A stretch of 64,000 nt of DNA, from contig CAYWUX010000001.1 in assembly GCA_964461525.1 (NCBI GenBank), forward strand, positions 4,889-68,888, in the 5' to 3' direction. Under the pieces are notes generated by a model. The model was not told where the DNA came from and did not search any database. It worked only from the letters and a program-made list of their open reading frames with translations. Each line of letters starts with the position of its first letter. Position 1 is the stretch's first letter. The translations under genes were made by a program, and so were the position numbers. Origin of the DNA: an uncultured Hyphomicrobiaceae bacterium (GTDB taxonomy: Bacteria; Pseudomonadota; Alphaproteobacteria; Rhizobiales; CAYWUX01). Shown piece after piece: positions 30,696-41,705 of this stretch.

Positions 30696-32093
30696 TCAAA
30701 AACCCGTGGCGACATCAGATACGCCAGAGAATAGGTATTGATTCGGGCGTTCTTTTTTCAGCCGCTCAGCAATAATGAATGCAAGTTCCAGAGATTGATC
30801 CGCGTTCAGCCTGGGGTCGCAGACTGTATGGTAGCGATCCGACAGATCAGTTTCCGAGACCGATCTGGCTCCACCCGTACACTCCGTTACATTTTGCCCG
30901 GTCATTTCCACATGAACGCCACCGGGATAAGTGCCCTCTGCTCTATGCACATCAAAGAATAGTTCGACTTCATTCAAAATGCGCTCAAAGGGACGGGTTT
31001 TATAACCATTCTCCGCCTTTATGGTATTGCCGTGCATGGGATCGCAAGACCACACCACCAGTTTACCCTCTCTTTCAACGGTCCGGATCAGCTTCGGCAG
31101 CTTTTCTCTGACAAGATCCATTCCGAAGCGGCAGATCAGGGTGATACGTCCCGGTTCGTTGTTTGGATTGATGATATCTAGTAACCGGATCAGCACTTCG
31201 GGGTCCAAGCCTGGACCACACTTTATTCCAATCGGATTATTGATGCCTCGGGCGAATTCCACATGAGCGTGATCAGGCTGTCTTGTTCGGTCCCCAATCC
31301 ACAACATATGACCGGACGTATCATACCATTGGCCCGATGTTGAATCGATGCGGGTCATTGCCTGTTCATAACCCAGAAGCAGAGCCTCATGGCTGGTGTA
31401 AAAATTCGTAGAGCGCAAACGTGTTGTGTTTTCCACGGTAATTCCGCATGAACGCATAAAACTGAGACTCTCGGTAATCCGGTCCGCCAGTTCCTGATAT
31501 CGATGACCAACCGGGCTATCCTGAATAAAACCGAGATTCCACTGATGAACGTGCTCAAGATTCGCATATCCGCCCTGAGCAAAGGCCCGTAACAGGTTAA
31601 GTGTTGCCGCAGATTGACGGTAGGCAGCGATCTGACGTTCCGCGTCCGGTCGGCGCGACTTTTCCGAAAATTCGATATCATTGATGATATCGCCACGATA
31701 GCTGGGAAGGGTAACGTCATTATGGGTCTCGCTGGGAGAGGACCGGGGTTTGGCAAACTGTCCGGCAATTCGCCCGACTTTTACAACCGGACAACCGCCT
31801 GCAAACGTCAGCACCACAGCCATCTGGAGAAATACACGAAATAAATCCCTTATGTTATCCGGGTGATGTTCAAGAAAACTCTCAGCGCAATCGCCGCCTT
31901 GCAGCAGAAATGCCTCGCCTTTGCAGACTTCAGCCAGACCCTGCTTGAGCGACCGCGCCTCACCTGCAAAAACCAGGGGCGGAAAAGTTGAAAGCCGCTC
32001 CTCAACTTTTGCAAGACTTTCCAGATCCGTGTATTCCGGAACCTGAACAATGGGAAATGAACGCCAGCTCGACGGAGACCACGACGCCGTCAT
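30696..32093 (-). CDS. class II 3-deoxy-7-phosphoheptulonate (DAHP) synthase
   Basis: 465 aa. The length and conserved blocks ([21 protein letters not shown]) fit the plant-like class II enzyme. Confidence 0.9.
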   Translation of the reverse strand: MTASWSPSSWRSFPIVQVPEYTDLESLAKVEERLSTFPPLVFAGEARSLKQGLAEVCKGEAFLLQGGDCAESFLEHHPDNIRDLFRVFLQMAVVLTFAGGCPVVKVGRIAGQFAKPRSSPSETHNDVTLPSYRGDIINDIEFSEKSRRPDAERQIAAYRQSAATLNLLRAFAQGGYANLEHVHQWNLGFIQDSPVGHRYQELADRITESLSFMRSCGITVENTTRLRSTNFYTSHEALLLGYEQAMTRIDSTSGQWYDTSGHMLWIGDRTRQPDHAHVEFARGINNPIGIKCGPGLDPEVLIRLLDIINPNNEPGRITLICRFGMDLVREKLPKLIRTVEREGKLVVWSCDPMHGNTIKAENGYKTRPFERILNEVELFFDVHRAEGTYPGGVHVEMTGQNVTECTGGARSVSETDLSDRYHTVCDPRLNADQSLELAFIIAERLKKERPNQYLFSGVSDVATGF

Positions 32094-32210
32094 GAGAACA
32101 CCTCTCGATTATACAGTGGACTTCCCCTTATACTTCAAAGAGAAATATTTACTGTATCAAGTTTAAATAGAATCGACCTGAAATACGTACCTTTCAAAAA
32201 TCCGCGAAAC

Positions 32211-32241
32211 AAGTCTGACTATCATCAAGTCAGACTATCAT
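32211..32241. repeat. tandem 15-nt direct repeat in the divergent DAHP synthase / GCS2 promoter region
   Basis: aagtctgactatcat (32211-32225) and aagtcagactatcat (32227-32241) differ at one base and have a 16-nt period. The cores gtctgac and gtcagac are also reverse complements of each other. Confidence 0.6.
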
Positions 32242-32446
32242 ATAGGACATTGCCAAGTTAAAGGCCAGCATTTAGCAAAATTCTCGCAAGCCGCTATCTG
32301 ATTGTAAAAATGATCAAAAAAATGAAGAAAAAGATTATTTTTTTCTTCGGTGAGTAAAGTACCGCACGATTGCCCGTCTACTGGTTTCAACAAAACTGAC
32401 GCGCCCAAAATTATTACGCAGGCTTCTTTTTTCCTATCTTCATCAA

Positions 32447-33613
32447 ATGGTTTGTGTCAAGATTCCTGGTATTATGATTCCTGAACCGAGCTTTACTATT
32501 GGTATTGAAGAGGAATATCTTCTTGTCGACAAGGAAACCCGAGACCTTGCCAACCAACGCACGGAAAAGGTTCTCGCCGCCTGCCAGGAACGGCTGGGCG
32601 ACCAGGTTGGACCGGAATTCCTGAAATCACAGATTGAAATCGGAACGCGTGTCTGCTCATCAGTCGCGGAGGTCCGAACAGATCTGGCGAGGTTAAGGCA
32701 CAATATTATCGAGATTTCCGACACCCATGGATTGGCGCCGATTGCTGCATCAACGCACCCTTTCGCAACCTGGCAGGAACAGCACCATACAGAAAGAGAA
32801 CGCTATGTCGCTCTGGCGCAGGATCTGCAAGGTGTGGGGCGGCGACTTGTCATTTGTGGCATGCATATACATGTGGGAATTGAAGATGACGCCTTGCGCA
32901 TCGATATTCTTAATCAAGCCCGATATTTCCTGCCCCATCTTCTCGCTTTGTCGACATCTTCTCCGTTCTGGCAGGGACAGAATTCGGGACTGAAGTCTTA
33001 CCGTCTTTCTGTATTTGATGGCCTTCCGCGAACGGGCATGCCCCAGTTCTTTTCCAGTTTCGGCGAATACAGAAGAACAGTAAATACCCTGATCAATGCG
33101 GATATTATTGAAGACGCGACAAAAATCTGGTGGGATCTTCGCCCATCTGCCCGCTTTCCCACGCTGGAAATGCGGATCACTGATGTATGTCCGCTGCTTG
33201 ACGACGCGATCGCTGTCGCCGCAACGTATATTTGTATTTGCCGCATGCTCTATCGACTGCGGCGCAATAACCAACGGTGGCGCACCTATCCCGTTTTTCT
33301 GTTGAACGAAAACCGCTGGAGGGCCCAGCGCTACGGTATGGAAAAAGGACTGATTGATTTCGGAAAAGGAGAAATAATCGCCTTTGACAAGCTTCTTGGC
33401 GAACTTTTTGAGCTGATCGAGGAAGATATCGACTATTTTGATTGCCAAAAGGAAGTTCATCATTGTCTGGAAATTTTTCAGCGCGGAACCAGCGCTGACC
33501 GCCAGCTCGAAGCCTATCACGCTTTCTTGGAAGCTGAAAACGATCACAATTCTGCTTTAATGCAGATTGTCGACCAACTCATCGGGGAAACCAGGGTTGG
33601 AACAGAAATTTGA
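32447..33613 (+). CDS. carboxylate-amine ligase, YbdK/GCS2 family (glutamate-cysteine ligase family 2)
   Basis: 388 aa with the N-terminal FTIGIEEEYLLVD signature. An alternative ATG at 32474 (MIPEPSFTIGIEEE) is at least as plausible. Confidence 0.85.
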   Translation: MVCVKIPGIMIPEPSFTIGIEEEYLLVDKETRDLANQRTEKVLAACQERLGDQVGPEFLKSQIEIGTRVCSSVAEVRTDLARLRHNIIEISDTHGLAPIAASTHPFATWQEQHHTERERYVALAQDLQGVGRRLVICGMHIHVGIEDDALRIDILNQARYFLPHLLALSTSSPFWQGQNSGLKSYRLSVFDGLPRTGMPQFFSSFGEYRRTVNTLINADIIEDATKIWWDLRPSARFPTLEMRITDVCPLLDDAIAVAATYICICRMLYRLRRNNQRWRTYPVFLLNENRWRAQRYGMEKGLIDFGKGEIIAFDKLLGELFELIEEDIDYFDCQKEVHHCLEIFQRGTSADRQLEAYHAFLEAENDHNSALMQIVDQLIGETRVGTEI

Positions 33614-33677
33614 GGACACCAAGCTCATTCAAAGCCCGTGTGTTTAAAACAACTCCGGCCCGCGCCAAAAACCTGTT

Positions 33678-34433
33678 CTAAATCGTGATACTCGCTCCAC
33701 CATCGATTGTTATTCCGGCGCCGGTAATGAATGACGCCTCGTCAGAAGCCAGAAACACGGCAGCGTTGGCGATATCCTCCGCAGAACCAAAACGGTTAAG
33801 TGGCGTTCGCTCAATAATCTGCTTAGAAATCACCGGGTTTTTGGTAAACCGCTTCGTCAGTTCGGTATCAATAAATCCTGGTAATAGATAATTAACACGA
33901 ATGCCGAACGGCGCGTATTCAAGGGCCAGGGCCCTGGAAAGGGATGAAACTCCTCCCTTGGTTGTGGCATATAAAGAAAGCTGACGCACATGATGCTCAG
34001 CCATAATTGATGATAGATTAATAATGCAGGCATTACCTGAGGCTTTCAGCAGATCAAATCCGTCTCGAGCGCAACGAACTACGCCCCGGAGGTTGACGGC
34101 AAAAACCTGCTCGACCGTTTCTTCATCGGCATGACGAAAATCCGTGCGGATATGGATGCCTGCATTGTTAACCAGCAGATCCAGCTTCTGATGACGTTTG
34201 TCAACAGCGGCAAACATTTGTTTCACCTGTTCTGGACTGGTCACATCAGTTTGGATGGCAAATGCCGTGCCACCTGAAGCGTTAATCTCCTCAGCCGCCC
34301 TGTCGGCTGACTGGGCACTAATATCCGTTATGTAGACAATAGCTCCCTCACTGGCAAAAGTGCGCGCAATGGCATGTCCTATTCCCTGGCCAGCACCGGT
34401 AACCAGTGCCACTTTATCATTTAGACGGTTCAT
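33678..34433 (-). CDS. SDR family oxidoreductase (classical short-chain dehydrogenase)
   Basis: 251 aa with TGAGQGIG, NNAG and the catalytic YATTK. Confidence 0.88.
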   Translation of the reverse strand: MNRLNDKVALVTGAGQGIGHAIARTFASEGAIVYITDISAQSADRAAEEINASGGTAFAIQTDVTSPEQVKQMFAAVDKRHQKLDLLVNNAGIHIRTDFRHADEETVEQVFAVNLRGVVRCARDGFDLLKASGNACIINLSSIMAEHHVRQLSLYATTKGGVSSLSRALALEYAPFGIRVNYLLPGFIDTELTKRFTKNPVISKQIIERTPLNRFGSAEDIANAAVFLASDEASFITGAGITIDGGASITI

Positions 34434-34516
34434 TTGATGTTATTCCAACAATTGAAGAGATTCGAATTGAGATTCCGGAAATTTGCAAAGTAACCCAAAA
34501 TGATCGCCCTGGTTCA

Positions 34517-35893
34517 TTACGCTGCCTCCGCCGGTTGCCATTTCTGTCTCATGGTTACCAGCTCTTCTCCGGCACTTGGATGGAGGGCCATCGTTGCGTC
34601 AAAATCAGACTTGGTCGCCCCCATTCTTATCGCAACAGCCGCCATTTGGACGATCTCGGCACCATCGGGGCCGAGGATATGACAACCAAGGACCCTTCCG
34701 CTTGCCTGATCGATTATCAGCTTCATGAGCATGAACTCGTCGCGGCCGGAAATCGTGTATTTCATGGGCCGGAACCGGCTCTTATAAACGTCAATAGCCG
34801 TATAGGCGGAACGGGCCTCCCCCTCGGTCAGTCCTATCGTGCCGATTTCCGGCTGAGAGAATACCGCTGTAGGGATATGGGTGTGATCAACCGGGCGGAC
34901 TCTTCCACCGAACTGAGTGTCAGCAAAGGCATGACCTTCGTGAATAGCCACCGGTGTGAGATTGACCCTGTTGGTTACATCACCAACCGCGAAAATATGA
35001 TCAATGTTGGTTTTGGAATAGTCGTTCACGACAACAGCCCCTTTGTCATTAGTTTCCACACCAGCATTTTCCAAGCCAAGCCCTGAAGTATTGGGGCTTC
35101 GACCGATAGCAAACATGATCTGGTCTGCAGATAAAACCGTGCCATCGGTCAACTGCCCGTCAAGACCCGTCGAAGTCTTCTCAATCCTTTCGAATACCTG
35201 ACCGCATATAACTCGAATTCCTCTTTTCTCATAAGCCTCGTGAAGCCCCTGTCTCAGATCGTCATCGAATCCCCGCAAAATTTCTTCTCCACGATACAAA
35301 ATCGTTGTCTCGACACCCAGACCGGAAAAGATGCCGGCAAACTCAACCGCAATGTAACCTCCTCCGGCAATAATGATACTGCGGGGAAGGTGTTCAAGAT
35401 GAAAAGCCTCATTCGATGTAATAACGTGCTCGATACCGGGGAGCTGGGAATCCAAATTGGCCTTGCCACCAGTTGCTATCAGTATATTTTTTGCCTTAAC
35501 GGTTTTATTCTCCGACAACAGATTAATCGTGTGAGAATCCTTAAGCACCGCCCTGGTCTGGAAAACATCGCATCCGGCTCCCTCCAGTCCCTTGCGGTAC
35601 AGCCCCTCAAGTCTCGAAATTTCACGATCCTTGTTTTCAATCAGCGTAGACCAGTTGAATTCCTGAGGCCCAAGACGCCAGCCAAATCCGGCTGAATCTT
35701 CAAATTCATCCCTGAATCGGCTGGCATAAACGAACAGTTTTTTAGGGACACATCCGCGAATGACACATGTCCCGCCAAATCGATACTCCTCAGCAATTCC
35801 GACCTTGGCTCCAGCCCCCGCACTGATCCGTGCAGCTCTGGTCCCGCCGGAACCGGCACCAATCACGAATAAGTCATAATCAAATTCATTCAT
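34517..35893 (-). CDS. gor: glutathione-disulfide reductase
   Basis: The motifs DYDLFVIGAGSGG, the redox-active GGTCVIRGCVPKK and a C-terminal HPSAGEE are present. The ATG at 35893 has an AAGGGA Shine-Dalgarno, whereas the track start at 35923 is a TTG. Confidence 0.9.
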   Translation of the reverse strand: MNEFDYDLFVIGAGSGGTRAARISAGAGAKVGIAEEYRFGGTCVIRGCVPKKLFVYASRFRDEFEDSAGFGWRLGPQEFNWSTLIENKDREISRLEGLYRKGLEGAGCDVFQTRAVLKDSHTINLLSENKTVKAKNILIATGGKANLDSQLPGIEHVITSNEAFHLEHLPRSIIIAGGGYIAVEFAGIFSGLGVETTILYRGEEILRGFDDDLRQGLHEAYEKRGIRVICGQVFERIEKTSTGLDGQLTDGTVLSADQIMFAIGRSPNTSGLGLENAGVETNDKGAVVVNDYSKTNIDHIFAVGDVTNRVNLTPVAIHEGHAFADTQFGGRVRPVDHTHIPTAVFSQPEIGTIGLTEGEARSAYTAIDVYKSRFRPMKYTISGRDEFMLMKLIIDQASGRVLGCHILGPDGAEIVQMAAVAIRMGATKSDFDATMALHPSAGEELVTMRQKWQPAEAA

Positions 35894-35998
35894 AAATTTA
35901 TCCCTTGATCTGGGTCTCTCCAATATTCTTCATTAAGATAACCGAAGCGGTCCTGGGAACATATACGTCCACCTCTGTTCGAGCTAATCTGTTTTCTA

Positions 35999-36721
35999 TT
36001 ATTGATCATTACATGCTTCCAGATCAGATGCTTCTAAAATGGTCACGCCTGTATCACCGGCAACAAAGGCCAAATCTGCAATGCCAAGAAATAACCCCGT
36101 TTCAACAATCCCGGGAACAAATGACAGTACCTCGAATAAGCTTTCCGGATCAGGAATGCTGCCAAATGCACAATCGAGAATATAATGACCACCATCGGTC
36201 AGAAAAGCCACGCCATCGGGCCGCTTCCTCAAACTAATTTTGCCACGGCAGTTGACCCATTCTGAGTGTGTTTCAATCATTGCCCGTGTTGCCCCGAGAC
36301 CAAAAGGGACTACTTCGATCGGTAATGGAAACGCTCCCAGGATTTTAACAAGCTTGCTGTGATCCGCGATAACAACCATCCGGTCCGATGACATGGCCAC
36401 AATCTTCTCGCGCAACAGCGCGCCGCCCCCGCCTTTGATCAAACGCAGATCGCGATCGATTTCATCTGCCCCGTCTACGGTCATGTCAAGATATGACACC
36501 TGATCCAGCGTAGTCAGGGGAATTGAGAGATTTTCCGCCTGCCTCCTCGTGGCTTCCGAGGTCGGCACTGCGGTGATCTTCAATCCTTCTGTTACCCGCT
36601 GACCAAGGAGATCAACGAATATTGATGCAGTTGAGCCGGTTCCGAGCCCCAACAGCATATCGTCCTCGACCAGATCAACAGCCTTTTCCGCTGCACTTTT
36701 CTTTTGCGAGTCAACGCGCAT
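35999..36721 (-). CDS. rpiA: ribose-5-phosphate isomerase A
   Basis: [16 protein letters not shown] and KGGGGAL are present. The ATG at 36721 is preceded by GAGGAGAG, whereas the track start at 36739 is a TTG. Confidence 0.92.
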   Translation of the reverse strand: MRVDSQKKSAAEKAVDLVEDDMLLGLGTGSTASIFVDLLGQRVTEGLKITAVPTSEATRRQAENLSIPLTTLDQVSYLDMTVDGADEIDRDLRLIKGGGGALLREKIVAMSSDRMVVIADHSKLVKILGAFPLPIEVVPFGLGATRAMIETHSEWVNCRGKISLRKRPDGVAFLTDGGHYILDCAFGSIPDPESLFEVLSFVPGIVETGLFLGIADLAFVAGDTGVTILEASDLEACNDQ

Positions 36722-36844
36722 CACGCTCTCCTCGAACAATATTCTATGTGCCTACCCATATGATGAAATTTCCGATTACAACAAATGAACCCCGCACCCT
36801 GAGCCTGGTGCGGGGTAATATCATGCCGGATCTGATTTCGGAAG

Positions 36845-38287
36845 CTAAAGTCCTGACATCAACATATATTTCATTTCGACAAAAGCTTCTATTCCATGAT
36901 GTGACCCTTCCCGTCCCAAACCAGATTCTTTAACGCCACCGAAAGGAGCCACTTCAGTTGATATCAGGCCTTGATTTATACCGATAATTCCGTATTCAAG
37001 GGCTTCGCCAACGCGCCATACCCGGCCAATGTCCCTCGAATAAAAGTATGCTGCCAGCCCGAAAGGTGTATCATTAGCAAGTTCGATTGCCTCTTCCTCA
37101 GTTTTAAACCGGAATATTGGGGCAACTGGTCCGAAGGTTTCTTCATGGGCAATCTGCATATCCGGCGAGACGTCAGCCAGCACTGTCGGTTGAAAAAAGG
37201 TTCCGCCCAGGCTGTGCCGCTCTCCCCCGGTCACAATTCGGGCACCCTTGGAAAGCGCATTCTGTATATGCTGTTCAACTTTTTCGACAGCTTCCATATT
37301 GATGAGCGGCCCCTGCAGAACGCCTGGTTCCGTTCCGTCACCGACTTTCAATTCTGCGGAAGCTTTAGCGAGCTTTTCCGTAAACCGGTCATAAACGCCA
37401 TCCTGCACAAGAACCCGGTTGGCACAAACGCAGGTTTGCCCCGCATTCCTGTATTTGGAAGCAATAGCGCCTTGGACGGCGGCATCGATGTCGGCGTCAT
37501 CAAACACGATAAATGGCGCGTTGCCGCCAAGCTCCAGTTCCACTTTCTTGATATTAGAGGCACACTGCTCCATCAGGACACGGCCAATTTCCGTGGATCC
37601 GGTAAAGGTTAAGCCGCGTACAATGGAATTGGATGTCAGTTCTCCGCCAATTTGGCTCGCGCTGCCTGTAATGACATTAAACACGCCTTTGGGTATTCCG
37701 GCCTGATGTCCAAGTTCCGCCAGCGCCAGCGCCGTTAAGGGGGTCATGGAGGCCGGCTTGCATACAACCGTGCAGCCGGCAGCCAATGCCGGAGCGACTT
37801 TGCGGGTTATCATTGCGGCGGGAAAGTTCCAGGGAGTGATTGCCGCGATAACACCGACGGGCTGCTTGATCACAACGATACGGCTGTCTTTGCGGTGAGA
37901 CGGAATGGTTTCGCCGTATATTCGCTTGGCTTCTTCTGCAAAAAATTCCGTGAACGAAGCGGCATATTCGATCTCGCCACGTGACTCGATGAGGGGTTTG
38001 CCCTGCTCCATCGTCATCAACAGGGCCAGTTCTTCCTTGTTTTCAATTTGCAGTTCATACCAACGGCGTAATATGACCGAGCGCTCCTTGGCCAAAAGTT
38101 GTCCCCAAGGCTTGAGAGCCCGGTTAGCAGCATCAACGGCATTTCTTGTTTCCTCAGCCCCGAAACTTGGAACCCTGGCGATCACATCTCCGGTGGCGGG
38201 ATTTGTTACTTCTAATTCAGGCTGCCCAATCCACTCTCCATCCACATAACATTTCTCACGAACTAAGCTGGGTACACGCTGATCCAT
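36845..38287 (-). CDS. gabD: NAD(P)-dependent succinate-semialdehyde dehydrogenase
   Basis: 480 aa aldehyde dehydrogenase with PWNFP, ELGGNAP and the catalytic GQTCVCANR. It shows close GabD-like sequence over the full length. Confidence 0.88.
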   Translation of the reverse strand: MDQRVPSLVREKCYVDGEWIGQPELEVTNPATGDVIARVPSFGAEETRNAVDAANRALKPWGQLLAKERSVILRRWYELQIENKEELALLMTMEQGKPLIESRGEIEYAASFTEFFAEEAKRIYGETIPSHRKDSRIVVIKQPVGVIAAITPWNFPAAMITRKVAPALAAGCTVVCKPASMTPLTALALAELGHQAGIPKGVFNVITGSASQIGGELTSNSIVRGLTFTGSTEIGRVLMEQCASNIKKVELELGGNAPFIVFDDADIDAAVQGAIASKYRNAGQTCVCANRVLVQDGVYDRFTEKLAKASAELKVGDGTEPGVLQGPLINMEAVEKVEQHIQNALSKGARIVTGGERHSLGGTFFQPTVLADVSPDMQIAHEETFGPVAPIFRFKTEEEAIELANDTPFGLAAYFYSRDIGRVWRVGEALEYGIIGINQGLISTEVAPFGGVKESGLGREGSHHGIEAFVEMKYMLMSGL

Positions 38288-38729
38288 TTCTCTGTCTCCT
38301 CGACTAACCTATGCCTGTCTGAATTATTTTATTTTATTGCGATTTCAGACGGTTTTCCCCGGTGAATTCCTGTAATGTCCGGCTGTTAACATTTTTAACT
38401 CAGATCACACAAAACCAGAAGATTCAACATACTTTCGCTCAATATGTTCCCCCGACGCTACAAATCGTCGTTAATTCCGTCAAAATCAGAGCTTTACAGG
38501 CTATTGTAATCCGGAGGAAGAATTTTAATTGAATTTCACGATAATGCCAAACAGATCGGTTCACTGAAACCAAATCCAGTCTTGCAAAGGTCATCTTGGT
38601 CAGGATTCTGCGGCCAGATGTTTATTTTGCCCCGCCGAATTGGTACGGTTCTTTGGCCGCTTCAATCATCGACAGAAGCTCGTCTTTCTGTATCAAAATC
38701 AGTTTTTCATCTCGCGGGATAAAAGCGTC

Positions 38730-39437
38730 ATGAGAGATCTCAGCATCGTATTTGATTTGGACGGAACATTGGTGGATACCGCACCTGACCTCATGTTGGC
38801 CCTTGGTCATTGCCTGGATAAAAGAAACTTCAACCATCCCGAACCGGATTTGGTCTATTCTTATATCGGCTACGGTGCCAAACGAATGATAACGACGGCT
38901 CTCGACGTTCAAAAAATAAACGCTTCTGCTGACCTTGTTCAGGATATGCTAGATGATTTTCTGACATACTATCGCAAAAATATTTGTGTCGAGAGTAAAG
39001 TTTTTCCGGGAGTCATGAAGTGTCTCTCAAGTCTTAAGGCGTGCGGCGCGCGGTTAGGCGTTTGCACAAACAAACGCGAAGACCTGGCTTTGCGACTGCT
39101 GAATGAACTTGAAATGACATCATACTTCGGCGCAGTCGTCGGCGTGGACACACTTGATGTCCGCAAGCCCCACCCGGGTCATATAACAGGTACAATTGAT
39201 CTGATCGAAGGTCATCTGGACTACAGCATCATGATTGGAGACAGCGAAACAGATATAAGGGCAGCTCAGGCGGCGGGCATACCCGTAATCGCCGTCAATT
39301 TTGGTTACACGGACAAACCCGTTCAAACCTTTGGCCCCGATGCCGTCATTTCGCATTATGACACCCTGATTTCCGAAATTAAAGATCTCCAGCGCAAATT
39401 GACCCGGCCCCATCGAGGTAAATTATTTACTCTATGA
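38730..39437 (+). CDS. HAD-IA hydrolase, phosphoglycolate phosphatase-like
   Basis: MRDLSIVFDLDGTLVDT (DxDGT nucleophile motif) and a C-terminal GDSETDIRAAQAAG are present. I chose the internal ATG at 38730 because the 30 upstream codons of the track ORF look non-coding. Confidence 0.82.
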   Translation: MRDLSIVFDLDGTLVDTAPDLMLALGHCLDKRNFNHPEPDLVYSYIGYGAKRMITTALDVQKINASADLVQDMLDDFLTYYRKNICVESKVFPGVMKCLSSLKACGARLGVCTNKREDLALRLLNELEMTSYFGAVVGVDTLDVRKPHPGHITGTIDLIEGHLDYSIMIGDSETDIRAAQAAGIPVIAVNFGYTDKPVQTFGPDAVISHYDTLISEIKDLQRKLTRPHRGKLFTL

Positions 39438-39476
39438 ATCGCAACCTCGACCAAAAAAATCGCAAAGGAATTATAC

Positions 39477-40175
39477 ATGGCTGTGAAAAAGTTTCAGGGG
39501 TTTGACAATAAATTTTTTAAGTTTTTTGAAGAACTTCAAGATAACAACAGTCGGGAGTGGTTCAATAATAACAAAAACCGTTATGAGGATCATATCGTCA
39601 CGCCACTTCTGGCCTTTATCGAGGATATGCAGGAACCATTGGGTAAAGTATCCAAAAATTTTGTCGCCAATCCGAAAAAGCTGGGCGGATCGATGTTCCG
39701 CATTTACCGGGATGTAAGATTTTCAAAGGACAAGCGTCCCTACAAAGAACATGGAGCCTGTCAGTTTCGCCATGTAGCGGGAAAAGATGCCCACGCTCCA
39801 GGGTTCTACGTCCATCTGGAACCTGGAAATATACTGGTCGGTGGAGGGATATGGAAGCCGCCGAGCGACAAACTCAAAGAAATCCGTTTGGCCATTGCAT
39901 CAGACAAAGCCGGTTGGAGCCGCGTTAAGGATGACAAACGTCTAAATTCAACCTTTAAGTCCGTCAACGGTGAAAGTCTGACGCGTCCTCCGCGTGGATT
40001 TGATCCCGAACATCCGCACATAGATGACATCAAGCGCACCACATTCTTCGTTATGAAGCCATTTACAAAATCGCAGATTTCAAAACCGGATTTTGTTGAT
40101 ACTGCGGCCAACACTTTTAAATCCGCTTCGCCGCTGATGAAATTTCTCTGTAGGGCGGTCGGTGCTGACTATTAA
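39477..40175 (+). CDS. DUF2461 / TIGR02453 family protein
   Basis: 232 aa with FFEELQDNNSREWFNNNKNRYE and FRIYRDVRFSKDKRPYK, both typical of this family. Confidence 0.85.
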   Translation: MAVKKFQGFDNKFFKFFEELQDNNSREWFNNNKNRYEDHIVTPLLAFIEDMQEPLGKVSKNFVANPKKLGGSMFRIYRDVRFSKDKRPYKEHGACQFRHVAGKDAHAPGFYVHLEPGNILVGGGIWKPPSDKLKEIRLAIASDKAGWSRVKDDKRLNSTFKSVNGESLTRPPRGFDPEHPHIDDIKRTTFFVMKPFTKSQISKPDFVDTAANTFKSASPLMKFLCRAVGADY

Positions 40176-40190
40176 ACTGTAAGCGATCAG

Positions 40191-40877
40191 TCATGTGATT
40201 TGATGCGATTTTCCAAGCGCCTTTAAATTTTCCAGCTGTTTAAAATATTGCTCTCTCGACAATTGCAAGGCGTGTGCGATCTCAGTCAGTCTGTCTATTT
40301 CCGCCTGAGAGACAAAACGATCCGCGGCTAAAACGAGGTACGCGGCTTCCAATATTATCGGTTTTATTTTTTCATGGATTCTAGGACAGATATTTGAAAG
40401 CTCCCGTAAAGACGAATTCATGTCCTGGCTGGCATCACGGGTGGCATTCATTACATCTTCCCGGGACAGTTGGCGGCCGGTAATCTTTGTATAAATGCCA
40501 TACACAGCCTGTGTTTCTCTGAAATCGATGGCTCCGTCTGAAACAGCAGATGCAAGCATAGCCAACCAAATGGCCTGTTGCGAGAGCAGTATGTCTTCTT
40601 CCGCAAGCGATTCCTTTGCAAGCTGAAAACTTACTGCCAGCACTTCTGGTTCACTGGCAATGACGCGCTCCGTACGGTCACCGATTTCAATATTCGACGG
40701 CATGACACGAGAAACTGACCGGCGTTCCAATGAAGTTCTGGCACCTCTGACTGCGACAACAATTCCGATCAGTACCGTTGCAAATGAAATGACATAGACC
40801 GCACTATGCAGCACATATGAGTAACATATGCCCGCGAGCGCCAGACCAACAATTATGATAAATCCCCCGATCAACAC
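40191..40877 (-). CDS. two-TM membrane protein with TerB-like C-terminal domain
   Basis: 228 aa with two N-terminal TM helices. A helical domain follows with paired AVSDGAIDFRE... and LAADRFVSQAEIDRLTEIA segments that resemble the TerB fold. The family call is tentative. Confidence 0.5.
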   Translation of the reverse strand: MLIGGFIIIVGLALAGICYSYVLHSAVYVISFATVLIGIVVAVRGARTSLERRSVSRVMPSNIEIGDRTERVIASEPEVLAVSFQLAKESLAEEDILLSQQAIWLAMLASAVSDGAIDFRETQAVYGIYTKITGRQLSREDVMNATRDASQDMNSSLRELSNICPRIHEKIKPIILEAAYLVLAADRFVSQAEIDRLTEIAHALQLSREQYFKQLENLKALGKSHQIT

Positions 40878-41264
40878 TGAGAGAACTCCAACACAAAACC
40901 AGCCCGGATCAATCCAACGCAGTCACCAGACCATAAGCGAACGAATGTATATTTTCGAATATTTATATTTATTTGAGAAGTAAAATCGGCTTAACAGAAA
41001 ATCATTTTGTCGGAGGCTGTCATAAATAAATGACAATCTTAATCGTCCAACCTGACCTAAAAACTGAATTTTTTAACAATTTTTGCGGAAAATCAGTCGT
41101 TGACGTTATCGTATTGCAGCATTTGCAATATAGACAATTGATAACAAAACTTTACAGAGCGAGCACCTGAGTGACGGTTTCTAATCTTGACTTAACACAA
41201 TTTTTGAGAATTCAGGCTTAATTAGAGTCAAATTTTTCACTTTGGAGTTCCATGGAAAGACAAT

Positions 41265-41705
41265 ATGGCCACGCGAAACCACACGCAGAATAAATCAGCA
41301 GCGGATCACCTATCAGTCACATCCGCAGTTCCGGGACGTGGAGGGCTGGCCAGGATCTGGTTGGCCGGACTTAACTCCATTCGCGGCATCCTTAACGGAA
41401 TGCGTACCGAAGCCGCCATTACGCAGGAGTTGTTTCTGGCAGCTATCGGCATATTATTGTCTTTCATCCTGGCTGGCAGCCTTTGGCAATGGCTCGCGCT
41501 TGTTGGATCCTTGCTGCTTGTACTGACAGCTGAATTCCTGAACACCGCTATCGAGCGACTATGCGACCATGTTACCCCTGAACGCCATGATCAGATACGG
41601 GATATTAAGGATTTTGGATCGGCTGGTGTATTTTTTTCGCTTATTTTCGCGGGGCTCGTCTGGCTCGCGGTGTTGCTCAGCCGATTGAACCTCATTGGTT
41701 CGTAG
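41265..41705 (+). CDS. dgkA: diacylglycerol kinase
   Basis: 146 aa with 3 TM helices. The motifs AAITQELFLAAIG and EFLNTAIERLCDHV are conserved DgkA blocks. Confidence 0.88.
   Translation: MATRNHTQNKSAADHLSVTSAVPGRGGLARIWLAGLNSIRGILNGMRTEAAITQELFLAAIGILLSFILAGSLWQWLALVGSLLLVLTAEFLNTAIERLCDHVTPERHDQIRDIKDFGSAGVFFSLIFAGLVWLAVLLSRLNLIGS

Noticed and set aside
32310-32357. The Phe-Phe-Phe mini-ORF interpreted as a classical attenuation leader for the DAHP synthase gene.
   Set aside because: It is on the opposite strand from the DAHP synthase gene and points toward the GCS2 gene. No alternative terminator/antiterminator pairing with a U-tract follows it. It is kept only as a curiosity within the promoter-region finding.
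32750-33547. A 265-aa ORF antisense to the GCS2/YbdK ligase gene, the longest shadow ORF in the window.
   Set aside because: I see no motif, no plausible start context and no independent intergenic space. The sense strand carries the clear FTIGIEEEY ligase signature over the same span.
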